A DNA stretch of 64,000 bases from Octopus sinensis (GCF_006345805.1 NC_043021.1:14756001-14820000); one strand, 5' to 3'. Shown: positions 24,131 through 37,499, numbered from the stretch's first letter. Made by a program: numbers and translations. The notes: generated from the letters alone by a model not told the origin.

Positions 24131-25460
24131 GTGAGTGAGTCACCTTCTGAGAATAATATGGGTACCATATTGTATCACCCCCAGTAGAACTCAGGAAACC
24201 TTAATTGTCTGGTAAACAATTAAGGTTCTTTATGGTTACATCTCAAAACACTTTTACCGCTAAGAAGGGGCTGAAGAATCTTCAACATAATTAAGACATC
24301 CACTTCCCCACCACCACCATATATATATATATATATATATATATCTATATATATATATATATATACATACATACATACATACATACAAAACCTATCTATG
24401 ACATAATTCATATATATACCCCACCCATCACAAAACAGCAGGCGTATGGGTGTCAATACATGTGTGTATGTATGTATATAGATAGATAGATAAATAGTTA
24501 TAGATAGATAGACAGACAGATAGACAGACAGACAGATAGATAGAAAGATAGACAGATAGATAGAAAGATGCATGTATGTATACAAGATATATACACACAT
24601 AAAAGAAAAGTGAACCTTTTTATGACATAATTCTTACATTAAGTACACATACTTTTCCCCCATCACAACACAACAGCTGTATGCATATATATATTTATGT
24701 ATGAATATTGTTTATGTGTGTCTGTGTGTATGTACATATTTTCTGTATTACTTAATCAAAAACAGAAACACAATGGCCAGGATCCCATTTTTTTTAGGGG
24801 CTCCCAAACTGATGGGAGGGAGACAAGGAGAGAGGGAGAGAAAGAGAAATTTATTATCAGACTGGGACACCCCACCCACCCAACCAGATATGAATGCTTA
24901 CAACACAGTGGACACTGCTAAAGGCCACACAAGGCCCAGGTGGGGTTGCTAGACCAAGGAGTCTGATTAAGCCTACCACATACACACATCAGAAAGTGTG
25001 ATGTAGGTGTGAGTGCTCAATGTGTGCATATAGGGGTGGGTGTTTTTTGAGGGGTAGGTTCTGACATTGCGTCCAGTTTAATTTATGTCACCAACCAGCT
25101 GGTCCTTGGGTTCTTTTAGCAGAAGATCATCCATTCCGGGGTGGGGGTGGGGGCTATCAGGGACAAACCCTGCAAACAGCTCATTGTAAACATTCAGCAG
25201 GATCGGATATCAACCTCATCAATCATGTAAGTGTAGAGTCTAGCTGGGAGGGCTTGCTTGATAACATCAGGGGACACTGGTCCCCTTTCTTCTAGGACTT
25301 AACAGAAAGAGAAGGAGATAGGATGAGAAAGAGAAGGAGAGAAGATGAGAACGACAAAAAGACAAAGACAGAGAGACAGAAAGACAAAAAGACAGAGAGA
25401 GAAAGAGGGAAATCTCTCTCTGATATATGTGTGTATGTATGTATGTATATATACATATAG

Positions 25461-25505
<45 letters not shown>

Positions 25506-25540
25506 ACTAGAAAGAGAGGGAGATGAAAAGGTATATATAT

Positions 25541-25579
<39 letters not shown>

Positions 25580-26489
25580 TAGAGAGAGATATATCTAGAA
25601 AGAGAGGGAGATGAAAAGATATATAGATAGAGAAATAACTATTAACTAACAACGAACAGCATCCTCATCCTGGTACCACTACCCCCCCCACACCACCACA
25701 ACTGTCATCTTGGAGCTTGTTTTACATCCAATTTTCATGCATGCAAGGGGGGTTGGGGGTAGGAGAGGGTTGTTATCATGGTTGATTTTGTTGTTGTTGT
25801 TCTTGTACAGAAACAATTGTTTTTACAGCTGGACAGATGTCCTCCCCCTCGCCGCCCCCCCTTCCCCCCCCCCGACTCTACCACAAACCATTCAACCATG
25901 AAGCAGGAATGGAATATGATTTTGGAGGGGATGGGAGGCCTTGTTTTTTTTTTGTTTTTTTTTTGTTTTTGGGGAACTGGGAGGGAGGGAGGGGTAATTC
26001 TTTTTGGAAGCTAGTAGAGTTTGTATGTACTTTGCCCCCCCCCCTGCCCCCCCACACCCAGGGGTGATAGCTTGAATTTATGACAAAGTATGTAATGTGT
26101 TACAATGTTTTAAGTACCTTTTACCTCACACCCACTAAACCTCTCTCTCTCTTTCTCTTTCTCCCTTGTCTCTCCTCCTCCTCCTCTCTCCATCTCTTCC
26201 TTTCTGGTCAAACACTCTCTCGCCTTATGATATCGCTATAACAAGAAAGGCATGAAGACATGAAGGAATGCTGCATTGTCTTGAGAAATAATCTTGACTC
26301 AAGCACAAAGAAACACCAGATGCGGATCTGTTTCTGCAATACATAAATATTTATATGCCTACATAATATATACATCTATTATACATACCATGCACAAACA
26401 GCTGTATTAGACAATGTAAGGTACACAGATATACTGGAGTGTATGAGTGTATACTCACGCACATGCATACATATACAAACATATATATA

Positions 26490-26714
26490 GGCGAGCTGGC
26501 AGAAACGTTAGCACGCCGGGTGAAATGCGTTGCCGTATTTCGTCTGCCGTTACGTTCCGAGTTCAAATTCCGCCGAGGTCGACTTTGCCTTTCATCCTTT
26601 CGGGGTCGATAAATTAAGTACCAGTTACGCACTGGGGTCGATGTAATCGACTTAATCCCTTTGTCTGTCCTTGTTTGTCTCCTCTGTGTTTAACCCCTTG
26701 TGGGTAGTAAAGAA

Positions 26715-26716
<2 letters not shown>
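26490..26716 (+). mobile_element. SINE family A, full length, little diverged
   Basis: Complete, CpG-rich, inserted in a TA-rich site. Confidence 0.9.
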
Positions 26717-26754
<38 letters not shown>

Positions 26755-28419
26755 CACATACATACACATACATACATACATGTACACACACACGCGCACA
26801 CATAAATTCTTGTATTCTTATTTGTTTCAGTCATTTGACTGTAGCCATGCTGGAGCACTGCCTTTAGTCAAACAAATCAACCCCAGGACTTATTCTTTGT
26901 AAGCCTAGTACTTATTCTATCAGTATCTTTTGCCGAACTGTTAAGTTACAGGGGATCAAGACGCACCAACATTGGTTATCAAGTGATTGGGGAGGGGGCA
27001 GATACACATTATCGTAACCGACGGAATGCCATGATGTGTGTGTGTATATATTGGAGCCTGTTGCAGCCATCTGTTTTGCCAGTCCTCAGTCAAATCGTCC
27101 AACCCATGCCAGCATGGAAAGCGGATGTTAAATGATGATGAAAACGTATCAGAAAAGGTGATGAGAGAAGTATGAAGCAATCAATACACAAGAAGCAGTG
27201 AATTACATCAAACTGAGAAAAAAAAAGAAAAAAAAATCCCACCCAGACCCTTAACAGGGTACGCCTCATTTCATTCCCTGTTTTACCCATTTTCTACCTA
27301 TTTTCCTTGTTGTGGCTCCTACTTCTTTGGGGGTGGAGGGATTAACATTCGAAATTTTAACAGATGATATCTGCCTGTTCTTCTGTTTATTTACCTGTAA
27401 AATAAAACTTGTAAAACAAACCTTACGTCTAAAGAGCAGAACATGTTGAAGGCAGCAACCCCTATGTGGTCAATCAAATTGCAAGAAATGACAGTCAAAT
27501 CTCGTTGAAAATCACACCTCTTTTTTTTTACCTTTTACTTGTTTCAGTCATTGGATTGCGATAACATTTTGAAGGGTTTTTCGAACAATTCAACCCCTTT
27601 GTTGTTTTGAAGTTTGGTATTTCTTCTGCTGTCCAATGTGTTGAACAGTGCAAGAGAACCATATTTGCTGATACTGCTAAGTTATATGGACACAAACAAA
27701 CCAACACTGGTTGTGAAGTAATGGTGGGGGACATACACAAAGACACAAACACATACATTTATATATACATATATATATATATGACAGGCTTCCACAGTTT
27801 TTGTGAACAGTTCACTCAGAAGGAGTCAGTTGGCCTGGGGCTATGGTAGAAAACACTAGCCCAAGGTGCTGTGCAGTGGGACTGAACCTGAAACCATGTG
27901 GTTGCAAAGTGAGTTTCTTAACAAGACAGCCGTGCCTGCACCTTTGTCAATTATCTTGTCCTTTTTCCTTTTTAAAAGATATATTGGTTAAAATAGTTTG
28001 GATTAAATTGATTCTATGTATATATGTTGTGGGTGCATTTTTGGTCATTAAATAAATTGGGATCCACATGATTGGCTGAACACCTTTGGCAGGAATTGAA
28101 TGACTGAAGTCAGTAAAAGACCGTTTCCCCTCTCTCTCTCTCTTTGTATGTATATACAAAATATATATATACATAGGCGCAGGAGTGGCTGTGTGGTAAG
28201 TAACTTGCTTACCAACCACATTGTTCCAGGTTCAGTCCCACTGTGTGGCACCTTGGGCAAGTGTCTTCTACTATAGCCTCGGGTCGACCAAAGCCTTGTG
28301 AGTGGATTTGGTAGACGGAAACTGAAAGAAGCCGGTCGTATATATATGTGCATTTGTGTGTGTTGTGTGTGTGTGTGTGTGTATATATATATACATATAT
28401 ATATACATATATATATGTA

Positions 28420-28595
28420 AAAAAATACAAACTGGGACAAGAACGCAAAACATTTAGAAGACGATACAAAAAACACGGACGGGACATTCAAAGCCTTCAA
28501 TCTTCAGTCAAGAACCGGATCATCCTCGCAATTTCGGCTGATTAATCTTGAGATTGCTCCGATCTGGCCAGCCCCAAAGGAAAATCTAAGTCAAG

Positions 28596-28600
<5 letters not shown>
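28420..28600. mobile_element. Short interspersed fragment embedded in (TA)n, possibly Penelope-type
   Basis: Unique 180-bp block between TA tracts at the centre of a SINE B; no hammerhead core could be folded. Confidence 0.35.
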
Positions 28601-28643
<43 letters not shown>

Positions 28644-29174
28644 ATATAATATATATATATATATAATATATATATGCACATACATACATATCATCATCTT
28701 TTAATGTCCATCTTTTTTGCTGGCACATGTTAGATCATGAACCCATGCCAGCATAGAAGACAGATACTAAAAGACGATGTTGGCAATGGTGATGGTCATC
28801 ATGATAGGCAATTCAATAGATAAATACGAGACACTTAAATAAACTACTGTGAAATGTATAAAGTTATTGCAATATTCTTGAAGTTGATAAGACATGTTTG
28901 TTCAGTCAGCAGAAGAAATCAAAGATGCTGATGTTGTTGCCATTACTGTTGATGTTGTTGTCCTTATTTAACCTCGAGTCAGCAAGGATTCAGGAGTTTT
29001 CTCCATGATCAAAGATGTTCCATAATTTTACTTGTACAATAACTGCTTAATTTCCAAAGACTGCAAATTGGCAGAATTGATACAGTATCAGACAAAATGC
29101 CTCGTCGTGTTTGTTCCAGCTGTCTACATTCCAAGTTCAAATCCCATTAATTGTTTTATTTTATTTTATTATTT

Positions 29175-29560
29175 TTTTACTCGTTTCAGTCATTTGACTG
29201 TGGCCATACTGGGGCACCGCCTTAAAGGGTTCTTTAATCGAAGAAATCAACCTCAGGACTTATTCTTTGTAAGCCAAGTACTTTTGCTGAATCGCTAAGT
29301 TACGGGGACGTAAACACACCAACATCGGTTGTCAAGTGATGGTGGGGGACAAACACAAACATAGAGTACATATACATATATATACAAACACACACTACAT
29401 ACATATATATATATATATACACACACACGACAGGCTTCTTTCAGCTTCCGTCTACCAAATCCACTCACAAGGATTTGGTCAGCCTGAGGCTACAGTAGAG
29501 GATACTTGAACCTGGAACCATGTAATTAGGAAGCAAGCTTTTTATCACACAGCCACGCCT
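29175..29560 (-). mobile_element. SINE family B
   Basis: Reverse complement, diverged. Confidence 0.8.
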
Positions 29561-29733
29561 GCACTGTTAAGATCCTTTTTTTTTTCTTTTCCACCCCCAC
29601 CCCTCCTTTGGGACCAATAAATAAAGGATCAATCCAGCAGAGTGGATTAGTAGGATTGCTAGAGTGGCGCCAAACAAGATGCCTAGCAATTTCTGTTCCA
29701 GGTCTTTGCATCCTAACTTCAAGTCCTACTCAC

Positions 29734-29865
29734 CACCTCGTGTAGCGTGAAATGGCCCCTTTGGGATGTGACTAACACCAATATGCCTCCAATGTTAGAT
29801 GGAGCGACACCTCAGTTGGGATGACATCCTGGTCATACCAATTAAACAAGCGAAACCTGCACAAA
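29734..29865 (-). other. Candidate non-coding or cryptic exon (unverified)
   Basis: Minus strand: TTTTTTCCTGTTTTAGCATTTTTTACAG acceptor and GTG|GTGAGT donor; 132 nt with stops in all three frames. Confidence 0.25.
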
Positions 29866-30039
29866 CTGTAAAAAATGCTAAAACAGGAAAAAAATAAATA
29901 AATAATTGCTAATTGCCAACTCTAAACCATTAATTATGGATACTGACTGAAAGAATATTAACCTATTTGTTACCATATTTCTACTGGAATACACAGTCCT
30001 TGCTTCAATTAGTCTTGAAAATAACGATGTGGGTGTGTG

Positions 30040-30445
30040 TGTGTGTGTGGTTGTCTGGTAAGAAGCTTGCTTCCCCACAATTTGGTTCTTAGTTCAGTCC
30101 CACTGTATGGCATGTTGGGCAAATGTCTTCTACTATAGCCTCAGAATAACCAAAGCCTTGAGAGTGGATTTGGTAGATGGAAACTGAAAGAAGCCCATCA
30201 TATATTTTTTACCTGTTTCTGTCATTAGACTGTGGCCATGTTGGGGCACCGCCTTGAGTGTGTATGTTTGTCCCCATCACTGCTTGACAACTGTTATTGG
30301 TGTGTCTACATCCTGTAACTTAGCAATTCAGCAAAAAAGATCGACAGAACAAGAACAGGCCTTTACAAAAAGATGTAAGTACTGGGGTCAGTTCGTTCAA
30401 CTAACATGGCCATAGTCTAAAGACTGGAACAAGTAAAAGATAAAG
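30040..30445 (+). mobile_element. SINE family B (diverged)
   Basis: Head, core and tail recognisable. Confidence 0.75.
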
Positions 30446-30864
30446 GATATATATATATATATATATCCCAGGACACTTAGAGTAGCAACTGGTGTTAGAA
30501 AGTGATTCCAGGCATAGAAACCAGGCAAAAACTGAGACACTGGAGAAAGATACAGTCTTCCAACCCATGCCAACATGGGAACACAGATGTAAACCGTTGA
30601 TGTGTAAACATGGTGTGTGGTTAAAAAATTTCTTTTGTTCTAAGCGAATAAGAATTCTTTACTTAGTGCTCAAAGGATCAAGTAAAATATATTCACCAAT
30701 ATAACAAAGTTCACAGTCGGATTGTCTCTCTATGTGGTAGCCATCACACAGAGCTGACACTAGTTTTACACCACAGCAAAAGTTTATGCAGCTTAGGGTG
30801 GTCTCTTAATTTTCATATCAGCACCCCTTATATGAAAGTCATATATATAATATATATATATATA

Positions 30865-31222
30865 TGCATGGCTGTGTAGTAAGAAGCTTGCTTTCCAACC
30901 ACATGGTTCCAGGTTCAGTCCCACTGCATGACACCTGGGGTAAGTGTCTTCTGCATTAGTCTCAGGCCAACCAAAGTCCTGTGAGTGGAAATGGTAGGCG
31001 GAAACTGAAAGAAGCCTGTCATATATGTGTGTGTGTGTGTGTGTGTTTATCTCCCAACACAGCTTGACAACCAGTGCAGGTGTGTTTACATCCCCATAAC
31101 TTAGCAGATGAATAAAGAGACTGATAGAATAACTACCAGGCTTAAAAAAAAAAGGTAATAAATCCTGGGGTCAATTCACCAAGGTGGTGCCCCAACATGG
31201 CTACAGTGAACAAATAAAAGAA
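30865..31222 (+). mobile_element. SINE family B (diverged)
   Basis: Head, core and tail recognisable. Confidence 0.75.
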
Positions 31223-31799
31223 TATATATATATATATGAACTGCTGCTTTGAAAAAATACATATATAAAGAGGTGCCCTAAAAAATGCTCCCTGGGGGCC
31301 AGCATCAGTGCCCCTCTCATTTACCTACACTAATGCACTAGCTTAGCAACTGTGAAATTCCTCTTAGCTAAACATGCATGGGGCAAGCGAAAGGAGCACA
31401 GCTTGCTGCAGCATGCTCCAGCCCACCCAGTTAGCACCACTCCATGCACGACCACCTCTAAGCAACTAAACACATACGTGCATATGTACTCCTACCAGAA
31501 CACTTAAAGCCAACAAGAGAGCCTCCACAAGGTTGTTCTATTTGCTAGAATTAGCAGCAGAAACCTCCCTCGAATCACACACATTAGTGAACTGAGAAAG
31601 AAAAGAACACAGATAATGTTATCCTTACATATCCCTAAAATGAAAGGATGGTCACAGCTGGAATGTCTTTTATCTAAGATCTGTCCAATCAGCATTGGTC
31701 TAGGACTAAATAATAATAACATCAACAACATCATCGTAAGAGCCTATAACTCCTATTCAGATCAGTCAAACCGAAAGAACATGTCACCACATTTGATGG

Positions 31800-32123
31800 T
31801 GGAGGTTCTCAACCATCTTCTTACCTATCGACCCTTTTGATTACTATTCCATTCTGGTGGACACCCATAGCCATGTGATATTTGAAAACTAGTTTTATAG
31901 AAACTTCTTTCAAAATTCCTAATTTGTTTTTCACACATTCCCATTAGAGAAAGAAACCCAGCTGTTTCTAGCAATAAATACCAATACATACAATTATAGC
32001 AAAATTTCTTCAGAAGCCCTTAAAATAATATCATGGACCCCAGTTAACTATTTTGTTGTGTGGACCCCAAAAAATCTTATATGGACCCTCAGGGGCAATA
32101 TGGACCACGATTGAAAACCACTG
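31800..32123. mobile_element. hAT/Charlie-type MITE (old)
   Basis: Degenerate TIRs TGGAGGTTCTCAACC / GATTGAAAACCACTG and four subterminal TGGACC motifs; 8-bp TSD not preserved. Confidence 0.6.
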
Positions 32124-32199
32124 GTTTATAAGAACCATGAGCTTGTAAGGGATACCTTAATTTTTACAGGCCCTTTCTTGAACCACTTTGATTTGTGTA

Positions 32200-32640
32200 T
32201 CCCAGCTTTAGAATAGGAATGTAGTGGCACTAGCATTCAACGCCATATTGGATGAGATCTCATGGCAGCCATTGCCATCTCTGAGACTGGAGCAAGGCCT
32301 CACCTGCATCCATTTGCCATGTGCGAGATTACAACGAGGCTCATGATAGCAAACTGTATTTCAGGGCAAAACAGAAACAGATTCATTCTCTTTCTCTTCA
32401 CCTCTACGCAACAACACTTACTGAGCACACTTCACTGGCTGGGCCTGTCTGCATGTTGTACCTCCAGAGGCAATGTGCCTGCACTAATGAAGATACAACT
32501 CCACGCACACAGCTCGAGATGGTTGCTGAGAGCAACACACTTCACCTATTCTGTGAAACTTGTAAATAAACCGGTTGTAAATTGCATTTGTACTTAAAGA
32601 CTTCTTTCTTCACCTGCCTGAGCCTGAACTACGCAAAGGA
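32200..32640 (+). pseudogene. Probable decayed CR1/L2-group LINE ORF2 3' remnant
   Basis: Broken peptides HCHL*DWSKAS, RLQR, EHTSLAGPVCMLY and KTSFF fall in the order of the YCxHxW / RxQR / EHRRxxAxLCMLY / SFF motifs; weak match. Confidence 0.4.
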
Positions 32641-32704
32641 CAAGATATAATGGGAGAAGGCAATATTCTCCCTTAATCGTATACCTTGCCTTCCATTATA
32701 TGTT

Positions 32705-32920
32705 TCTTTATTACCCACAAGGGGCTAAACATAGAGGGGACAAACAAGGACAGACAAACGAACAAAGTCGATTACATCGACCCCAGTGCGTAACTGGCAC
32801 TTAATTTATCGACCCCGAGAGGACGAAAGGCAAAGTCGACCTCGGGGGAATTTGAACTCAGAACGTAACGGCTACACATTTCGCCTGGTGTGCTAACAGT
32901 TCTGCCAGCTCGCCGCCTTT
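32705..32920 (-). mobile_element. SINE family A
   Basis: Complete reverse copy; TATAATGGAA occurs near both ends (possible TSD). Confidence 0.85.
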
Positions 32921-33414
32921 ACAGTGTTCCATTATAGGAACACAGTACCCTTGCATGTTGTACGAGGTGACTAAAAGGTTATGGCAATCAAAATGACATC
33001 TGGCTGTAAAATGTTACCTCAGAAAAGACCCATCCGATCCATACAAGTACAAAAGAGTAGAAGTAAAGCACCAATGATTTTAGTACCATCACTTGCTAGT
33101 AACCTAAAATCCTAATTTTGTGTTGTTTATGGAATAGAGGATGGTCTTTTGGAATGGGCAGCTGATATATTGTCTAATATGGCATGTGCAAAAATAGTAG
33201 CAATGATACCAAAATGGGATGTACATCACCAATGGAGGGGACAGCAAATGTCTAGTTCTAATTGAGTTTGGCTTGCCCACTGCCAATATTTACAGACATA
33301 GATTCAAATTAGCAGGAAGCTTCTATGTAGATGCTCAACCTACTATCAATCATACAAATGGATCTGTGTTAAACTATATATATATATATATCAATCATAC
33401 ACACATATTGTAAA

Positions 33415-33955
33415 CTATGAATTTTACACACATCTGTGGAAAAGTGCAAACTTTACACACACACATCAGTGGTAAAGTGCAAACTTTACACACACACACG
33501 CCTGTGGTAAAGTGCAAACTTACACACACACACACACCACGTCTGTGGTAAGGTGCAAACTTTACACACACACACACGTCTGTGGTAAGCTTTAAACACA
33601 TACATGTGGTAAACTTTACATTGCCACACAAACATGCATTGGTGGTAAATCTTATTCACAAACGTTTTTCTGTGGTAGATTTTACATAAACATTGGCAGT
33701 AAGTCTTTGCACATGCATCTCTGACAAAAATTATACATACACATTAATGGCAAACTACACATACAGCAGTAAATAAAATTTACACACACACACACACATG
33801 CTCATCTGTGGTAAACATAATGCATTTCTATTTGTAGTAAACTTTACATGTGCATCTGTGGTAAACCTCTCTCTCTCTCACACACACAATGCACCTGCAA
33901 TGAACTTTTATACACACAGCTGGAGTAATGGTTATACACAAATCTGTGGTAGGCT
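33415..33955. repeat. Minisatellite, about 30-35 bp unit (CTGTGGTAAAGTGCAAACTTTACACACAC)
   Basis: About 5 homogeneous units on the left, decaying rightwards. Confidence 0.9.
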
Positions 33956-34635
33956 CATCCTAGTATTTTGACTCATTTACGCAAAAGAAATTCTACCATC
34001 TGTGTGTGTGTGTGTGTGTGTGAATGTGTATGCGTGTGTACGAGAGTGAATGTTTGTTTTTAAGTGTTTGTATGAACCCTTGCATACAGTGTGTGTGAGT
34101 GTGTGTCATTATTTAGGTGTGTATGTACAGATACTTGAGTCCCATTTGTGTGTATACATCTTTCTGAGCTTAAGTCATCATGTGTAAAAAAAATGTTGTG
34201 TGTGTGTAGCCATGTTGCGCATAGTGTTGTGTGTGTGTGTGCGCGCATATATATATATATATATTATAATAAGAGATATATATATATATCTGTATTTACT
34301 AGGTTTCCATCTCTTCTGCGTGATGGTGTGAATCTGTGTGTGTGTGTGTGTATGTGTAAATAAGTAAATATATATATATTTATATATATGCATGCATGTG
34401 TGGAGAGGCACACGTTCGTACGCGTGTACACATATCTGTGTGTGATTCAGCATGTCTCTGTGCCTTTTCGTTCGTACGTAAGCATGAGTGCGTGCGCTTA
34501 TAACGATGTTTCTATGTGAACGGTCATGTGCTGCGTTGTGTGCGAACATGCCGTGTCAGCCCGTACATTTTAACACGTTACTATGGCATCATGTGAGTGA
34601 GACCCCACCTCATACGAGCATATACGCATATAGAT

Positions 34636-34690
<55 letters not shown>

Positions 34691-34832
34691 GGGTTTATAT
34701 GAATGTGTGTGCATGCTTCTGTGTGTAGAAATGTGTCAGCATGTACAATTAACATGCTATTATGCATGATGTGAGAGAGAGACCCTTATATGAGGTTATG
34801 TATTTATGCGTAGATATGGGTTTATAATGGGG

Positions 34833-34888
<56 letters not shown>

Positions 34889-35595
34889 TGTGTGTGTGTG
34901 TGTGTGTGACTGCGTGTAAGGCACTATTGTCTGATGGTTATCAGCAACAGTAGGAAGCCAGGTTTATAATTGGGGAGTTTGCAGTCAGTGAAGAGTAGAC
35001 AGGGTTCAGTACACTACAATATTATTATTACACACACAAATATACACGTTTATTACAGAAGAAGGTCCTTGTAATGAAGTAAGTGAAGGGAGGAGGGGGA
35101 AGAGTAGAGGATAAAGAGAGGAAAGGAGAGGGAGAGTGATAGTCGAGAGAAAGTGAAAGTGTTGGAGACAAACAAAAAGAGGAGGCAATGCATAGAGAAA
35201 GTGAAACAAAAGAAGAGGGAGAGGGAGAAAGAGAAGAGCAGGGTGGAGGGGGCAAAGCAGAGAGATGGAGGAACAGAGAGAAAAATGTGGGAGAGAGAGA
35301 GAGAGAGAGAGAGATTGTACAATATGTGGAAATCTTGCTTTGATGAAAGATAAAAAAGTAAAATCCGAGAAAGAGAGAGAGAAACAAATTGTTATATTCC
35401 ATAATGAGAAATATATGAATACATACACACACACACACATTACTTTTTTTAGCTGCTTCGGCTCTGTGGCCATGGTCATGCTGGAGCACACATACACTTT
35501 TTATTCAAATGTATCTCTGCTTGTCTTTCAATCTCCTAAATCTATTTTTATCGATCTATGATTCTATTTGAGAAAATAAATCAAAGTGCATACAT

Positions 35596-36113
35596 ATCAT
35601 CATCATCATTCAATGTCTGCTTTCTATGCTGGCATGGATTGGATTGGACGGTTTGACAGGAGCCGGTCAAAGTAGAAGACTACACCAGGCTGTTGTTTCT
35701 GGTTTGGCATGGTTTTAACGGCTGGATGCCCCTCATAACACCAACCACTCCGCAGAGTGGATTCAGTGTTTTTACATGGCACTAGCACAGGCGAGGTCAG
35801 CTTTGGCATGGTTTTTACAGCTAGATGCCCTTCCAAATGCCAAACACTTTACAGTGCTGACTGGATGCTTTTACATGGTTCCAGCACCAGCAGGATCACC
35901 AAGTAACGTGGTCACACAAATGGCACCCATGCCAGTGGCACATAAAAGCATCTATTACACTTTTGGAGTGGCTGACATTAGGAAGGGCATCCAGTTGTAG
36001 AAAACCATGCCAAATCAGACTCAAGTCTGTTGCAGGCTTCTAACATGCCAACCCAGTCGAACCGTCCAACCCATGCCAGTGTGGACAATGGACATTAAAT
36101 GATAATGATGATA
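35596..36113. mobile_element. Fold-back repeat family D, two inverted arms
   Basis: (CAT)n-arm at about 35596-35790 and reverse arm at about 35930-36113 ending (ATG)n. Confidence 0.75.
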
Positions 36114-36161
36114 ACATAGTTATCTGTAACTTGATACACTAAAGTGTACCCTGAGGATTTT

Positions 36162-36193
<32 letters not shown>

Positions 36194-36201
36194 ATATATA
36201 T

Positions 36202-36360
36202 GACGCAGGAGTGGCTGTGGTGGTAAGTAGCTTGCTTACCAACCACATGGTTCTGAGTTCATTCCCACTGCGTGGCACCTTGGCAAGTGTCTTCTACTAT
36301 AGCCTTGGCCGACCAAGCCTTGCGAGTGGATTTGGTAGACGGAAACCGAAGAAGCCCATC

Positions 36361-36395
<35 letters not shown>

Positions 36396-36643
36396 ATCTA
36401 AACAAGAAAACACAGAAAAAAAAGAGAAAAAAAGGGAAAAAACACAGCAACACAGGACGTGGAACAATTAAAGTATTATGACGCTCAGGAAAGAAGGGAA
36501 GGAGTTTTAATTTTCGAGCAGAGCTCTTCGTCGGAAACAAGGAGAAGGAAAGATCCCAAGGAGGAAGACAGAGGAGAAATTATTTGAGCTGGTGGTGCTT
36601 AAGAGATCACATGTTGAAAGAACAGAATTTGAAGGTAGTTGAA

Positions 36644-36680
<37 letters not shown>

Positions 36681-36902
36681 GTATGTATGTGTGTATACGT
36701 TTGTGTGTCTGCTTTTGTCCCTCCACCATTGCTTGACGACCGATGCTGGTGTGTTTATATCCCCGTAACTTAGCGGTTCGGCAAAAGAGACCGATAGAAT
36801 AAGCACTAGGCTTACAAAGAATAAGTCCTGGGGTCGATATGTTTGACTAAAAGGCGGTGCTCCAGCATGACCACAGTCAAATGACTGAAACAAGTAAAAG
36901 AG

Positions 36903-36903
<1 letters not shown>
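36202..36903 (+). mobile_element. SINE family B split by a hammerhead-bearing insertion
   Basis: 5' half 36202-36390, 3' half about 36680-36903; insert 36391-36643 sits inside the central (TA)n. Confidence 0.85.
36504..36538 (-). ncRNA. Minimal type-I hammerhead ribozyme-like motif, U4C core variant
   Basis: GTTT-CCGACGA-A-GAGC-TCT-GCTC-GAA-AATT-A-AAAC. Confidence 0.6.
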
Positions 36904-36963
<60 letters not shown>

Positions 36964-37499
36964 AGCATATTGAAAGAAATTGGGCACGGGGCATCATATA
37001 TGGTGTGTGCAAGAGAGAGGACTGTGCTGGTATGGTCATAAGATGAGTTTGGATGGCAGCTGTGTAAAGAAGAGCCGATCTCAAACTGTGGGAGAACCTG
37101 TGGAAGAGGTAGACCCATGAAGCCATGGAACGGGGTGGTGAAGCATGGTCATCGGATGTTGAGTGTCATGGAGGTGTTGAGATGTGATTGAGACATTTGG
37201 TGATTCAAGCCAAGTGAAATCATAGTTGTGACCAGTGCCGGTGACATGTAAAAGGCACCCACTACACACTTGGAATGGTTGGTGTGAGGAAGGCCATCCA
37301 GCTGTGGCACCCACTACACTCTGGAGTGGTTGGCATTAAGAAGGGCATCCAGGCATAGAAACCAAACCAAATCAGACTGGAACCAGGTGCAGCTGTATAT
37401 CAGTTCCCAGTCAAACTGTCTAACCCATGCCAGCATGGAAAATGGATGCTATATATACATTATAATATATATATATATAATGTAATAGTGTGTATATAT

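Noticed and set aside
28480-28590. Possible hammerhead in the TA-embedded fragment
   Set aside because: CTGAAGA is present on the minus strand, but stem II, GAAA and stem III cannot be arranged consistently.
32262-32597. Two overlapping complex-looking ORFs (111 and 82 aa) as a host exon
   Set aside because: No clear splice sites, and LINE-like motifs are spread across frames; better explained as a decayed LINE.
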